Source: Dendronephthya gigantea
Lineage: Eukaryota
NCBI RefSeq assembly: GCF_004324835.1
Contig: NW_021163190.1
Span: 319,242-375,850, forward strand
DNA: 56,609 nt
Direction: 5' to 3'
The notes under the pieces are model-generated. The model saw only the letters and a list, made by a program, of their open reading frames with translations. It was not told the origin of the DNA and made no database searches. The first letter of the stretch is position 1. Every line of letters starts with the position of its first letter. A program made the position numbers and the translations under genes. Below are positions 9,018 to 20,799 of this stretch, in pieces.

Positions 9018-9275
9018 ATTGTGAAGTGCCGAAAATGATAATCGATTTACCCTCGCCTATTCCCGGCATTACCATCCTATACACATTAACTATGCTCGCT
9101 CTTGTCAGCTACCTCTGTAGCTCAGCGGCAAGAGCATTGCACCGGCATCGCAAAAGCGTAGGTTCGATTTGTCCCGGAGGACCGATAGTTGACTCATTTT
9201 TCCATCAACTGTTCCTGGCTTGAATTTGAAGTATGTATAATTCCACTCGAAATTAAGACCCTTTAAAAAACCTCT
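9018..9275 (+). mobile_element. tRNA-like SINE-type element. It has an A-box-like TAGCTCAGCGG and a B-box-like GGTTCGATTTGTCC, and folds as a degenerate cloverleaf.
   Basis: D-arm GCTC/AGCGGCAA/GAGC. Acceptor CCTCTG pairs with CGGAGG. T-loop TTCGATT, but only 3 of 5 T-stem pairs and no U33. A second copy lies inverted at 20510..20772. Absent from the paralogous position in block 2. Confidence 0.45.
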
Positions 9276-10227
9276 AAAGGCCTAATCCCAACACGGTTGA
9301 TAGAAATGTGAAATAGAAAATTCCGTACAAAGAATGCTGACCAAATATACCAAGACAATTGTCAATATCACTAAGATTATAAACTCACAACCGGCAATAC
9401 TTCATTGAGACAACAACACCTACATGGCGCAGGTTAATATCAAAACGATGTCAGATTTCTACAACATCTTTGGTCGAGAGCTTCTTGGAGTAAAGGAATT
9501 TGGTTTGTCGACGTGTACGTTTAAAATAATCACAAGTCGCAAACATTGATATGTTAATATACTGTAAAAGTTTCCGGTATGGTACCAGAATACTCTAAAT
9601 GATTATACACAATGGACAATGAAGTCTTTGGAGTTTCTTCACGCGCCGTGGAGCGAGGTAAGTGTGTGATTATTTAGTTCATTTATCAAAGCTTTCCCGT
9701 CCGGAAATGTGGCTACTTCCATGGCAAGTATAGAAAACATATTCTGATAAACACAATAATACCATCTGCAATTCTTATTCGTCCATAAATATACTATTCT
9801 TTCCGAAAAAGCGAACATATTTCAGGTAGCCCCATTGTAGAGTGATTAGACTATACTCTCTCTATACTATCAAGAGCATTTAAATCAGAGATCGTAGCTA
9901 AAAAAATCACACAATTTTAGAGAAATCCTTCAAAGAGGAACTTCTGGTTTCGAGTGATCTGTGACGTAAAGACCGTAATGACAAAAAAAATACAAAAAAA
10001 ATATTTAAATCATCAAATATTTTCGGTCAAACACTCGAAGATCGTTTAACCAGTTTATATACCTTGCATTATGTTGTGAACGAAGTTTTAAACAGTATTT
10101 AATGGTTGCTAAACACCAAACGACAAAGGTTTTTTCAAAATATAATCGGGATATAATGAATACAGAAGTATATAGCTTCGATTCAAGGGTAGGTACAGTT
10201 GCTTACTTGCTAAATCAAGTGTATTGT

Positions 10228-10598
10228 GAGATCAGTGGTGCTATATCCAGTTATTATTGGATCAGTGGTACTATATCCAGTTATTATGAGATCAGTGGTG
10301 CTATATCCAGTTATTATGAGATCAGTGGTGCTATATCCAGTTATTATGAGATCAGTGGTGCTATATCCAGTTATGAGATCAGTGGTGCTTTATCCAGTTA
10401 TTATGAGATCAGTGATGCTATATCCAGTTATTATGAGATCAGTGGTGCTATATCCAGTTATTATGAGATCAGTGGTGCTATATCCAGTTATTATGAGATC
10501 AGTGATGCTATATCCAGTTATTATGAGATCAGTGGTGCTATATCCAGTTATTATGAGATCAGTGGTGCTATGTCCAGTGTGATATGAGATCAGTGGAA
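10228..10598 (+). repeat. 30-bp satellite (gagatcagtggtgctatatccagttattat), about 12 copies
   Basis: Direct observation. The long ORFs here are artefacts of the repeat. Confidence 0.9.
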
Positions 10599-11204
10599 TG
10601 GTTTTTCCCGCGCGCTGCAGGCTGTTTTGAAATACACTAAACTAAAAAAACACTAAACTTTTTAAGTTCGTAATCATTTGTACAAGCGCTGGTCAATGGA
10701 ACATATTTTGCCAAAGGTCCTCCTTTTTCTATACTTGTCATTGTATTAAGGCAAAGTTGTTCTCGTCTTTCATTCAATCCTCCTTATAAGAGTAGCCTGG
10801 TAAAATAATTCTCAGAGCTCGTTTTCAGTGTACTCGCTCTAACTCTTTAGCAAAATATAAAGGTAAAGCGTGGTGCCATACAACGCAACCGGGAACGCCA
10901 CCTCGTCGTAAAGAAACGGATGAATACATATTAAACGTTCAGAGGTCTTGGATACAACTGACTCTATATGATCATTCCATTTAAGATCACTTTGAATTCT
11001 TGCATTTCTTGGCATTGGCTTCATAAAATTACCGAAGCCAAGAATTGATTGAATCCAAACCGAACTGAATCTTTGAATTGCTGCCTTTTGTAGTATATTC
11101 ATATGTTGATACATCATCTACAAACTTCCAAATACCCATTTCGCGTGTTTTACATCAAGGTCATTTATCATGACCAAAAACAAAATTGGTCCAAGCTTAG
11201 TCAC

Positions 11205-11447
11205 TCGGGCTTGTTTGAAAGGCGTTTAGCTTAAACGGTGGATAAGCCAAAGTTTCAACTGAAATACTCTCATACATCTTGCGAATTACTAAGCCCGCAT
11301 CTAATGCATTTAATATGTACTTCCATTGAAAATTAAACTATTTACATCGAAATATTTCAGCTCAGTTGTTCAATAAATAGATAATTTGGTTTTCCATTTT
11401 GAACTTATCCACCGTTTAAGCTAAACGCATTTCGAACAACCGGCCCC
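11205..11447. mobile_element. MITE family with TIR GGGGCCGGTTGTATCAAGCCCGTTTAGCTTAAACGGTGGATAAG (degenerate copy)
   Basis: TIRs. Other copies at 18644, 30511, 43251, 43716, 44683 and 52438. Confidence 0.55.
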
Positions 11448-11821
11448 TGGGGTACGCCTACTTTCATTGGCAACCAATCCGAGATTTCTCCCCCAAGTTT
11501 AACGTGATGTCGGCGCTTAGTGAGGAGGTAACAGAGACAATCTAACACCTATGCCTAACAGCTTTGATATTAATAAATTATGCCCTATACGGTCGAACGC
11601 CTTTGCGAGATTATGCCATTTACCGCGATCCTATTTCATATAAACAACATCCTAAGCGACACAAGTAGAAATATATTTGTTTTGGTGACGAGACGGTCCA
11701 ATATATTACTTGCTTTAAATGCGTGGAATGAGGGTTGCTAGAATAGACTGGCGCTCTAGTTGCATCGCATTGTTTGGCCGAAGCGTCCAAAATACGCTCG
11801 TGAACGCGACTCTCGTTTCAT

Positions 11822-12330
11822 GAAGCAATGATACTGATAGTTGATGAAACTCTCATGTAAACTCTCGCTTGTCAACTCTCATGCAACTATTGTTCTCGTT
11901 TGATCAAGCAATGATAGTTGATGAAACTCTCATGTAAACTCTCGCTTGTCAACTCTCATGCAACTCTTGTTCTCTTTGATCAAGCGATGATAGTTGATGA
12001 AACTCTCATGTAAACTCTCGCTTGTAACTCTCATGCAACTCTTGTTCTCGTTTGATCAAGCAATGATAGTTGATGAAACTCTCATGTAAACTCTCGCTTG
12101 TCAACTCTCATGTAACTCTTGTTCTCGTTTGATCAAGCAATGATAGTTGATGAAACTCTCATGTAAACTCTCGCTTGTCAACTCTCATGCAACTCTTGTT
12201 CTACTTTGATCAAGCAATGATAGTTGATGAAACTCTCATGTAAACTCTCGCTTGTCAACTCTCATGCAACTCTTGTTCTACTTTGATCAAGCAATGATAG
12301 TTGATGAAACTCTCATAAACTCTCGTAAAT
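11822..12330 (-). repeat. 77-bp satellite, inverted array
   Basis: Reverse complement of the unit at 2952..3440. Confidence 0.9.
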
Positions 12331-12339
12331 TCTAGGGTT

Positions 12340-14590
12340 TAAAGGGTCTTAATTTCGAGTGGAATTTTACACACTTCAAATTGTCAATAGTCAATATTTT
12401 TTTAATATACTAGGCAGCAAAAATGTGATTAATTGCTTTGTAAAAGGTTAATTTTTATGGTGAACGCAAAATGATTTCCACGACATCGTTTTTAAATTTG
12501 ATTTCATCCCGTTCGCTAACTACAGGGTGTCTCAAAAAAAACGCAACACTTAAATATGCAAGAACATTAATACAGCTCTAAAGCGCAATAGATAAGCACC
12601 TCTGGGAATTGAAAAGGCCTCTTAATCCTTCATTTAAAATGCTAAAAGTCATTTTAGCTGAAGTGTAGTGCAAACCCGAACAATATTATAATATTCTTGC
12701 ATATTTAAGTGTTGCGTTTTCTTTGAGACATCCTGACATCCTGTTTATCGTAACTTTTCAGCCAGTTTAAGCCTCTGCATTAAATAAATACTTTTCAAAA
12801 AAAAAACATTTACCCCGCCGAAAATCAAAATTAATCCATGCTGGGACTAAGAGCGCTATATTGTGGCTCTAGCCTGAAAATTTACAGGGCGTATAAAAAA
12901 AACTGCAACCCTAATAATTCCAAGGGGGCGACGATTTTTTTTTGCTGAATAAAAGCGAACAGATTTGAATATTAATTGTGGTTGCAGTTTTTTTATATAT
13001 ATTCTTCCATACCGGCTTCTGGGTAAGTCTACACTGACATTCAAATGTATTACGAAATAAACTAGTTCTTTATTTGTTACATAAATTTTCAATGAAAATT
13101 TAATCGTTCACGTCAACCCGTCACTTCCACCGACGAATTAGTTGGATAATTGAAATAATAATGAACTGCAATTAGATGCTAATTGCTCGCAATAAAGTTT
13201 GTGAAATGATTCATTTCTTCGCAACGTTCGGCGGTCGACAGCGAAAAGTAAGTTGAAAGCGAATATCTCCATTCAATATCATCTCTTTGTACTGCCGAAG
13301 ATTTTTAATACGATTTCACCTAAGTTTTCCTTGCAAGGCAAGTTTTCCTTGCCAAGTTTTATTTGCTCTCTCGTACGCGATAAACATGTTTTTCTTTGAC
13401 AAGAAGTCTTGTTCAAAAGTTTTCCTTGACAAGGAGGCTTGTTCAAAAGCTAGTCATGACTTCAAAAGCTTTTCAACAAGGAAAAATGCTCGCGTGCACG
13501 GTCGTCAAGGAAAACTTGACAAGGAATTGCGCAGTAGGGAACAACAATCTTCCAGCCAATCGAGCAGGTTTTTAAAGTTTTATATCATCTTTATTCAAGA
13601 AAATTTTTCGCCTACACACGAGGAAATAAAACTCGGCAAGGAAAGGTGGAAAACTTGTTCGCCATATACACCAGCAAGTGAACTGGTCAGGAAAACTTGT
13701 TAAGGAAAACTTGGCAGTCTGCGTATGGGGCTTTATCAAAATATTCAGGCCTACAATGTAACGTTTAATCTTGCCGCAACCGTACATGATGGTCGTACTA
13801 AACATTAAAGAAAAGCCGGCTCGCACGAAAAAAACGTCACTGCCAGGGAATTGGTGTCGTCAACCATTCATTTAAATGCATTGAAATGGTGTTTCGAGGA
13901 CAAGCTCACTATCATCTGAGACATCTGAGGTATAGACCTCGCGAGGTTGTTAGCTCAGCAAGTTACTCTCGTGTGCGGATAGTTTTTCGTGAGGAATTCA
14001 CCTCGAGAGGCAAGTTTCTCGCGTTTGTGGATAGATTTCGGGCGCACACTAGGCCAACTAGTGACACGACTCGTGTGCGCTGGCATTTAAGGCATCAGAT
14101 CATAATTGACTAACCTTCTGGCTAATTGTGGTATACTTGTCCTCGCTATTTCGTACTCTTTTATCTCCAATCTGCAAAAAACATTAAAAAATATGTCACG
14201 TACAATTTCCCATTCGTCATTTTTGATGGAGTATCGTCTACGCTTTCTGTCGGTGGAGTGAAGGTTCTCAGAACCCCATCACCAGAATGGTATCAGATGA
14301 CGTCGAGAAAAATTATATGAGCCTTCTGGTATTCGCCTTGTCTAGGGTATATTTGTATAATGAAGAAGGTTGGATTCCTTGGTATGTGAAAAGATAATTT
14401 AGAATAGCTTAAGGCGTTTAAAAAGGCTGCTTTCGCAGGAAGTTTTGCAAGAAGTGTAGAGTCCTTCCAACGAACCGGTTAGAGAAAATGTACAGACGAG
14501 TTTATACCTAAGACAACCTAATCAAACTGAGGTGTTTTGACAGAGGTGTTTGTTCAAAACTGACCTTTAAAGTATTGTTCGTCGGTTAAA
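12340..14590 (+). repeat. About 2.2-kb dispersed repeat, copy A (non-coding, family unknown)
   Basis: Colinear with 20800..21800 (copy B, internally deleted) and 23870..26575 (copy C, 5'-truncated, with extra insertions). Confidence 0.75.
12523..12735. mobile_element. TA-flanked MITE with TIR CAGGGTGTCTCAAAAAAAACGCAAC
   Basis: Absent from the paralogous site in copy B (~21000). Confidence 0.6.
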
Positions 14591-14651
14591 TTTGGATAAA
14601 GTACGATAATATATTAGAAAACTTTATATTATAGTGCTTCCAATGATGAGT

Positions 14652-14814
14652 GGATCTCCACCGCAGAGAAATAGTTCGCTAGCGAAATATTCCCATATTT
14701 TCTTTAGAATTTTCACGGAATAACTACATTAGTTCAGTTTGGCTCAATTCATTTTAAAAGAAAATATACAAATATTTTGCCAGCGAACTATTCGCTGGAA
14801 GTGGAAATCCAGCC
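14652..14814. mobile_element. Paralogous copy of the MITE at 7888..8048
   Basis: Block duplication. Confidence 0.5.
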
Positions 14815-15611
14815 CTAAGTCTCAAAATTGTCTCCAAGTTGCTCAGATGATCTCGACGAAGCGAATTTGTAACGTTTGTTAGATGAGGTTTTACATTAAT
14901 GTGGTTCAGATCTCAGTTAAACTACTACTATTTTTACCATCGAGGGAACATCGACCAATCAAATGCGAGAAATCTTTCGGAATAACCAATCAAAAACGCG
15001 ATACGTCAGCGAAGGCTAGTTCCGATAAGGCTGGTACATGTTCAGTGGCGCAGCTAGCCCGACAATTTATTCATGCTATGCTAATATTTTGGTGTTCATT
15101 GACTGTAAAAACAATGCATTTCTAAAGAAATGAATATTGAAAAAAAAACGTCAGGCTGGGCCGGCTGGCTACGCCACTGTAATATGTGAAATTCAGAAAG
15201 ACCCCGAAATTTTACGCTTGCATTTATTAGAATTGATGCCATCGTTATAATAGAAATGACTTGAAATGTGCATAGCGGGAAAAATTCGTCGGGCTGGCTA
15301 CGCCATGGCAAAGAAGGTAGTTTTCATCTCGCTTTTGTGCCATTTGCGAGAAGAATTTTCAATGCTTCCGTCAAGTAAACCTATATCATCACGTTGAATA
15401 CTTTGAAATTATCTAGTTCGGTTTATAAATTTCAAAAATTTGTATGCGCGACGGAGAATATAAATTGCCTGAAACTCGCGTAAAAAACGAACTTGAAGAT
15501 CTTTGCAAGACGCAAGACCGATATCAAATGGATTTGAAGCCATCTCAATTTAGGTAGACAAAGATTGACTCTCAGACTACAGACATACTTCCAATAGCTA
15601 TAGCAATATTA

Positions 15612-15855
15612 GGGCCATTTATACGAGTGAAAATAAGCCGCGGCCTAAATAAGCCGCGGCTTAAATACGTCGCAAAGAACTCGTATAAACGGTCTATTTT
15701 CAATTAGCCGCGGCTTATTTAAGCCTAGGCTTCAACCCTGGGCTTATTTTAGCCGCGGCTTGCGAACAAAATGACCGTTTATACGGGCCCTTCACGACTT
15801 ATTTAAGCCGCGGCTTATTTAGACCGCGGCTTATTTTCACTCGTATAAATGGCCC
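15612..15855. mobile_element. MITE with TIR GGGCCATTTATACGAGTGAAAATAAGCCGCGG and TA (or TATTA) TSD
   Basis: Perfect 32-bp TIRs. Empty site in the block 1 paralogue at ~8608 (gcaatattattatt). Confidence 0.8.
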
Positions 15856-16128
15856 TATTATTATGTAATCACAAAGTACTTGAACAGTACCTTATAAGAA
15901 CGAATAGAGACGTTTTTGAGAAGGCAACATCGGCGCCAGAATAAATTGATTCGCGCGCTATTTTAATTGTTTATATAACTATAACTGCATATCGTGTAGA
16001 CATCACACTTGAAATATTTCTAAAAGTATGCGTTTAAAAAACATCTGAAATATTATGACTGCTTAACCTTGAAGGCTCTTCACTTAATGTCAGGATATAT
16101 TTGGTATCCATTTTGTTCAAGCCCGTTT

Positions 16129-16268
16129 TCCACTAGGCAAATTTATTCGCGCGAACAGATAAAGAAGCGGTTCTACTTTTTCGCGGCGAATTTCTTCACA
16201 AACCAATCAAATCGCTGGATTTCAGATAACGCTTCGCGTCGCGCGAATAAGCTCGCCTAGTGGAAAAC
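16129..16268. mobile_element. Paralogous copy of the MITE at 8810..8956 (right TIR truncated)
   Basis: Block duplication. Confidence 0.5.
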
Positions 16269-16407
16269 TGATTTAAACTTGTGTTACGCAAGGCTATATT
16301 GTGAAACTGAACATTATTGAACTTTAGTAAAACCATTGTAAAGATCTCCTACCTCGTGCATAGAAGAAAATAAAACTATAATTATAACACTTGTTTATGA
16401 CTTAAGG

Positions 16408-16602
16408 CCCTGTTACACGGTGCGATTTTTCTTGCAACTTGCAATGCAATTCTTCTTTTGAGAGATGTAAATTTAGCAACTACAGAACTTTTGTATTTAT
16501 TATTTTCTTACACTAACATTTTGAAGCCTTTTCACCAATTTAGATCTCTTAAAAGTAGAATTGCATTGCAAGTTGCAAGAAAAATTGCACCGTGTAACAT
16601 GG
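16408..16602. mobile_element. MITE with TIR CCCTGTTACACGGTG...TTTTGAGAGATGTAAAT
   Basis: Long TIRs. Related copies at 23530..23760 and 27075..27305. Confidence 0.6.
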
Positions 16603-18057
16603 CTTTTATGTATCGTCGTACATGACTCACTGGTAGAAAATTTCACTAACGCCTGTAAGACCCATCTTTTAAAAAATAAACGAATTCCAAGCCACTTATT
16701 GTGGTCGATTTTTCCGAAGCCAATATACCATATTTATCGTATATCTCAATCGGAAACAATGTCTAGACGCAATGTATATCTTGAGAAATATTCGCGCAAA
16801 TCTATACGCCGGTAGCTTCAAATACAGAAGGTAATCATACTTCTTCAAATCTTTATCATCGCTTTCGGGTTATTTCTTCCTCGGAGAAAACAATCTAGCA
16901 AAATCTAGGCAAAGCTAAAAGGGTTTAAAAAAATTCCTGCCGGATCCGACGTTTGTAGCTATATTTGCTCTGCATTAAAAATCACGGATGCATATACAAT
17001 CATGATAAACATTATAAATTTTTCCTCAATCAAAAAGAGCCATTTTGTTTGCCATTAATTGTCTGTTCCCGATCTGAATAAAGAATTTTTTTACGTTTTA
17101 GACAAAGCATACATGTAATATAGGAGGCAATTTGGAAATCACGGATACCATATTTAAAAAGACGGTCATGCATTAATCACAACAACGAAATGAAAGACCA
17201 CTGTTATTGCATTGTATATACTGAATTGTATTCGCGTTTCGAAGAGGCTTTTCCTTATCAAATTCCATAATGCCTTTTGCAAAATGGCGTACCTAATTAG
17301 CTACTTTCCCCATTTACAAATGATAACAGAATTGCGTGTGGAATTGTTGAATGAAGCAGGCATATTGTATATATTATCTTTGAGATTTGGTTTTGTAACA
17401 GTTTTGCTTCTTTTTAAGCGAACTAACTCGTATAATTAACATAGTTAAAATTACATGTATGCACTACAATCATTGCAACCTATTGCGACAATTATTGCGA
17501 CTGATATATAAAAAATTCCTCACAAAAAATGTTGACCAAATATACCTAGACAATTGGCAATATCACTAGAATTATAAACTCAAAAAATACAATACTTCAT
17601 TGAAACAACAACACTTACATCCTGCACGATAATATCGAAACGAGGTCAGAATTCTACAACATCTTTGGTCGAGAACTTTTTGGAGTAAAGGAACTTGGTT
17701 TGTCGACGAGTACGCGTAACAATAATCACAATTTACAAGTCGCAAGCATTGATGTGTTAATATATTCTAAAAGCTTCCGGTATGGTACCAAAACACTCTA
17801 ATTGATTATACACAATGGACAATGAAGTCTTTGGAGTTTCTTCACGCGCCGTGGAGCAAGGTACGTGTGTGATTATTTAGTTCATTTATCAAAGCTTTCC
17901 TGTCCGGAAATGTGGCTACTTCCATGGCAAGTATAGAAAACATATTCTGATAAGCACAATAATACCATGTGCGATTCTTATTCGTCCGTAAATATACTAT
18001 TCTTTTCGAAAAAGCGAACATATTTCAGGTAGCCGCATTGTAAAGTGTTAGACTATA

Positions 18058-18272
18058 CAGGGTGAGTCAAAAAAAAGTCCCCCCTATTGAAATGAAGCCT
18101 TTGTTGATTTGAATGCATGATCAACGCAGTAGTGTGTAAATAGCATAGTTATTAGGTTGAGGCATTCAAATAAAGCGTCTTGCTTTCAATTGGGTTTATC
18201 ATAATATTAAGGCAATCAGATTCTAACAAAGGCTTGATTTCAATAGAGAGGACTTTTTTCTGACTCACCCTG
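18058..18272. mobile_element. TA-flanked MITE with TIR CAGGGTGAGTCAAAAAAA
   Basis: TA at 18056-57 and 18273-74. Absent from the block 1 paralogue (~9850). Confidence 0.65.
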
Positions 18273-18643
18273 TAGTTATCTTCAGCATCAGACTGTGAAA
18301 TCTCACTCGCATGGTCAACCAACCAGTAGGAACAAAGTTTGTGGTCACCATTCAAAACATTTCACTCAGAGATCATTGCTAAAAAAATCACACAATTTTA
18401 GAGAAATCCTTCAAAGAGGAACTTCTGGTTTCGAGTGATCTGTGACGTAAAACCGTAATGACAAAAAAAATGAAAAAAATTTTAAATCATCAAATATTTT
18501 CGCCCAAACACTCGAAGATCGTTTAAACTAGTTTATATACCTTGCATTAGGTTGTGAACGAAGTTTTGAACAGTATTTAATGGTTGCTAAACACCAAACG
18601 ACAAGGGTTTCTTCAAAATATAATCGGGATTTAATGAATACAG

Positions 18644-18883
18644 GAGCCGGTTGTATCACGCCCGTTTAGCTTAAACGGCGGATAAGTCAAAATTAAATAA
18701 CACTTTTACATCTCTCTTGAATGAGTTAACTTGAATATTATGCACTGAATATGTAGTTGTAAACAGTATCTTTGTATTAAGGTTGAAAACATTTAGTTTG
18801 CTTGTTGAATAAAACGATAGACTTGCTTTCTATTTTGAACTTATCCGCCGTTTAAGCTAAACGGGCTTGATACAACCAGGCCC
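18644..18883. mobile_element. GGCCGGTTGTATC-TIR MITE
   Basis: Empty site present in the block 1 paralogue (aatacag|aagtatatagc at ~10158). Confidence 0.7.
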
Positions 18884-18952
18884 AGAAGTATATAGCTTCC
18901 AAGCCTTCCATTCAAGGTGGGTAGGTAAAGTTGCTATATCAAGTGTATTGTG

Positions 18953-19625
18953 AAATCTGTGGTGCTATACCCAGTTATTATGAGATCAGTGGTGCTATAT
19001 CAAATTATTATTAGATCAGTGGTGCTATATCCAGTTATTATTGGATCAGTGGTGCTATGTTCAGTTATTATGTGATCAGTGGTGCTATATCAAATTATTA
19101 TTAGATCAGTGGTGCTATATTCAGTTATTATGAGATCAGTGGTGCTATATCCAGTTATTATTGGATCAGTGGTGCTATGTTCAGTTATTATGTGATCAGT
19201 GGTGCTATATCAAATTATTATTAGATCAGTGGTGCTATATTCAGTTATTATGAGATCAGTGGTGCTATATCCAGTTATTATTGGATCAGTGGTGCTATGT
19301 TCAGTTATTATGTGATCAGTGGTGCTATATCAAATTATTATTAGATCAGTGGTGCTATATTCAGTTATTATGAGATCAGTGGTGCTATAACTAGTTATTA
19401 TGAGATCAGCGGTGCAAAACTAGTTATTATGAGATCAGTGGTGCTATATCCAGTTATTTTGAGATCAGTGGTGGTATATCCCGTTATTATAAGATCAGTG
19501 GTACTATTTCTAGTTATTATGAGATCAGTGGTGCTATATACAGTTATTATGAAATCAGTGGTGTTATATCCAGTTATTATGAGATCAGTGGTGCTATATA
19601 CAGTGCAATATGAGATCAGTGGAAT
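18953..19625 (+). repeat. 30-bp satellite, paralogous array of about 22 copies
   Basis: Same unit and same flanks as 10228..10598. Confidence 0.9.
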
Positions 19626-19889
19626 GGTTTTTTCCCGCGCGCTGCAGGCTCAACGTTTGTCTGCTCACGGACGGCCTGTTTTGAAATTTACAATGCAGAA
19701 CACAAATATATACAACTTAAAAAACACTAAACTATGCCCATAAGCAACATTGTAAGCGACACAAGTATAAATATATTTGTTTTGGTGGCGAGACGGTCCA
19801 GTATATTACTTGCTTTAAATGCGTGGAAATGAGTGTGCTACAGTTCTAGAGTGCTAGTCAAATAGACTGGCGCTCTAGTTGAACGCGAC

Positions 19890-20085
19890 TCTCGTTTGAT
19901 CAAGCAATGATAGTAGACGAAACTCTCATGTAAACTCTCGCTTGTCAACTCTCATGCAACTCTTGTTCTCGTTTGATCAAGCAATGATAGTTGATGAAAC
20001 TCTCATGTAAACTCTCGCTTGTCAACTCTTGTGCAACTCTTGTTCTCGTTTGATCAAGCAATGATAGTTGATGAAACCATGGTTT
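19890..20085 (-). repeat. 77-bp satellite, paralogous shorter array
   Basis: Same unit, preceded by the same ~130-bp unique segment as 11640..11770. Confidence 0.9.
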
Positions 20086-20509
20086 GGCAAACTGAATCGC
20101 GAAGAAATTTAACATACCTAACTCCTATACCAAATAAAGTCCTTGGCTCCAACGTCAGTCCACGATTAACACGAACTTCAACGAAAGTCGTTGCCCGGCT
20201 GATTACCGCGCAAACATGCACACTGCGATATTTATGTCATTTGAATTACAAAGTGTTGACCGGTTTGGCATTAAATAGGCGAATTTCAAAGACAGTTTTG
20301 ATACTTTCCGTCAAGACAAACACCTCACACCACGCATTGTCAATAAGGACAATGTACATTTCATTAAGAGCCTAATGGTGCATGAAATTAATATTATGTT
20401 AATCCCCCAAAGCAAACGGCTTTGAAAATGTTGAGTTTTTTGTGTGTCGAGGTGATTTTCCAAAATCTTATGTTTGCATAAGCAGAAATCACCAGATTAT
20501 GGAAAGATA

Positions 20510-20772
20510 TTTCGTATATTCTTGGGTTTAAAGGGCCTTAATTTCGAGTGGAATAATTTATACACACTTAAAATTCTAGCCAGGAACAGTTGAAGGAGAA
20601 ATGAGTCAACTATAAGTCCTCCGGGACAAATCGAACCTACGCTATTGCGATGCCGGTGCAATGCTCTTGCCGCTGAGCTACAGAGGTAGCTGACAAGAGC
20701 GAGCATAGTTAATGTGTATAGGATGGTAATGCCGGGAATAGGCGAGGGTAAATCGATTATGATTTTTGGCAC
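20510..20772 (-). mobile_element. Second copy of the tRNA-like SINE-type element
   Basis: About 95% identical reverse complement of 9018..9275. Confidence 0.45.
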
Positions 20773-20799
20773 TTCACTCGATGCAGGTAAATTCTAGAG

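Larger units (their letters stand above)
7860..14590 (+). repeat. Segmental duplication block 1 (about 6.7 kb), tandem with block 2
   Basis: Colinear similarity with 14600..~21800: shared MITE start, shared unique stretches, the 30-bp and 77-bp satellites, and a 2-kb sub-repeat. The blocks differ by discrete insertions and deletions. Confidence 0.8.

Noticed and set aside
9085-9165. A possible genuine tRNA gene
   Set aside because: The T-stem pairs only 3 of 5, the anticodon loop lacks U33, and the stem has a mismatch. It is embedded in a 260-bp repeat. I treat it as tRNA-derived, not a functional tRNA.
9026-9223. ORF MPKMIIDLPSPIPGI..., and its twin at 20497..20772 on the minus strand
   Set aside because: Both lie entirely within the two copies of the tRNA-like SINE-type element. 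The identical 'protein' on opposite strands of a repeat is not a gene.
10102-10587. Long ORFs (161 and 118 aa) with repetitive ISGAISSYYE / MRSVVLYPVI peptides. Similar ORFs at 19429..19743, 24942..25670 (three frames) and 6549..6833.
   Set aside because: They coincide exactly with the 30-bp, 15-bp and 42-bp tandem arrays. Open frames are expected from stop-free repeat units, not from genes.
10228-10598. 30-bp direct repeats that could be mistaken for a CRISPR array
   Set aside because: The units are contiguous with no unique spacers, and the context is eukaryotic. It is satellite DNA.
12523-12735. Classifying the CAGGGTG-terminated MITEs as hAT (Ac-like termini)
   Set aside because: The flanks are TA/TA rather than 8-bp duplications at the best-resolved copies (18058, 42041, 42339).
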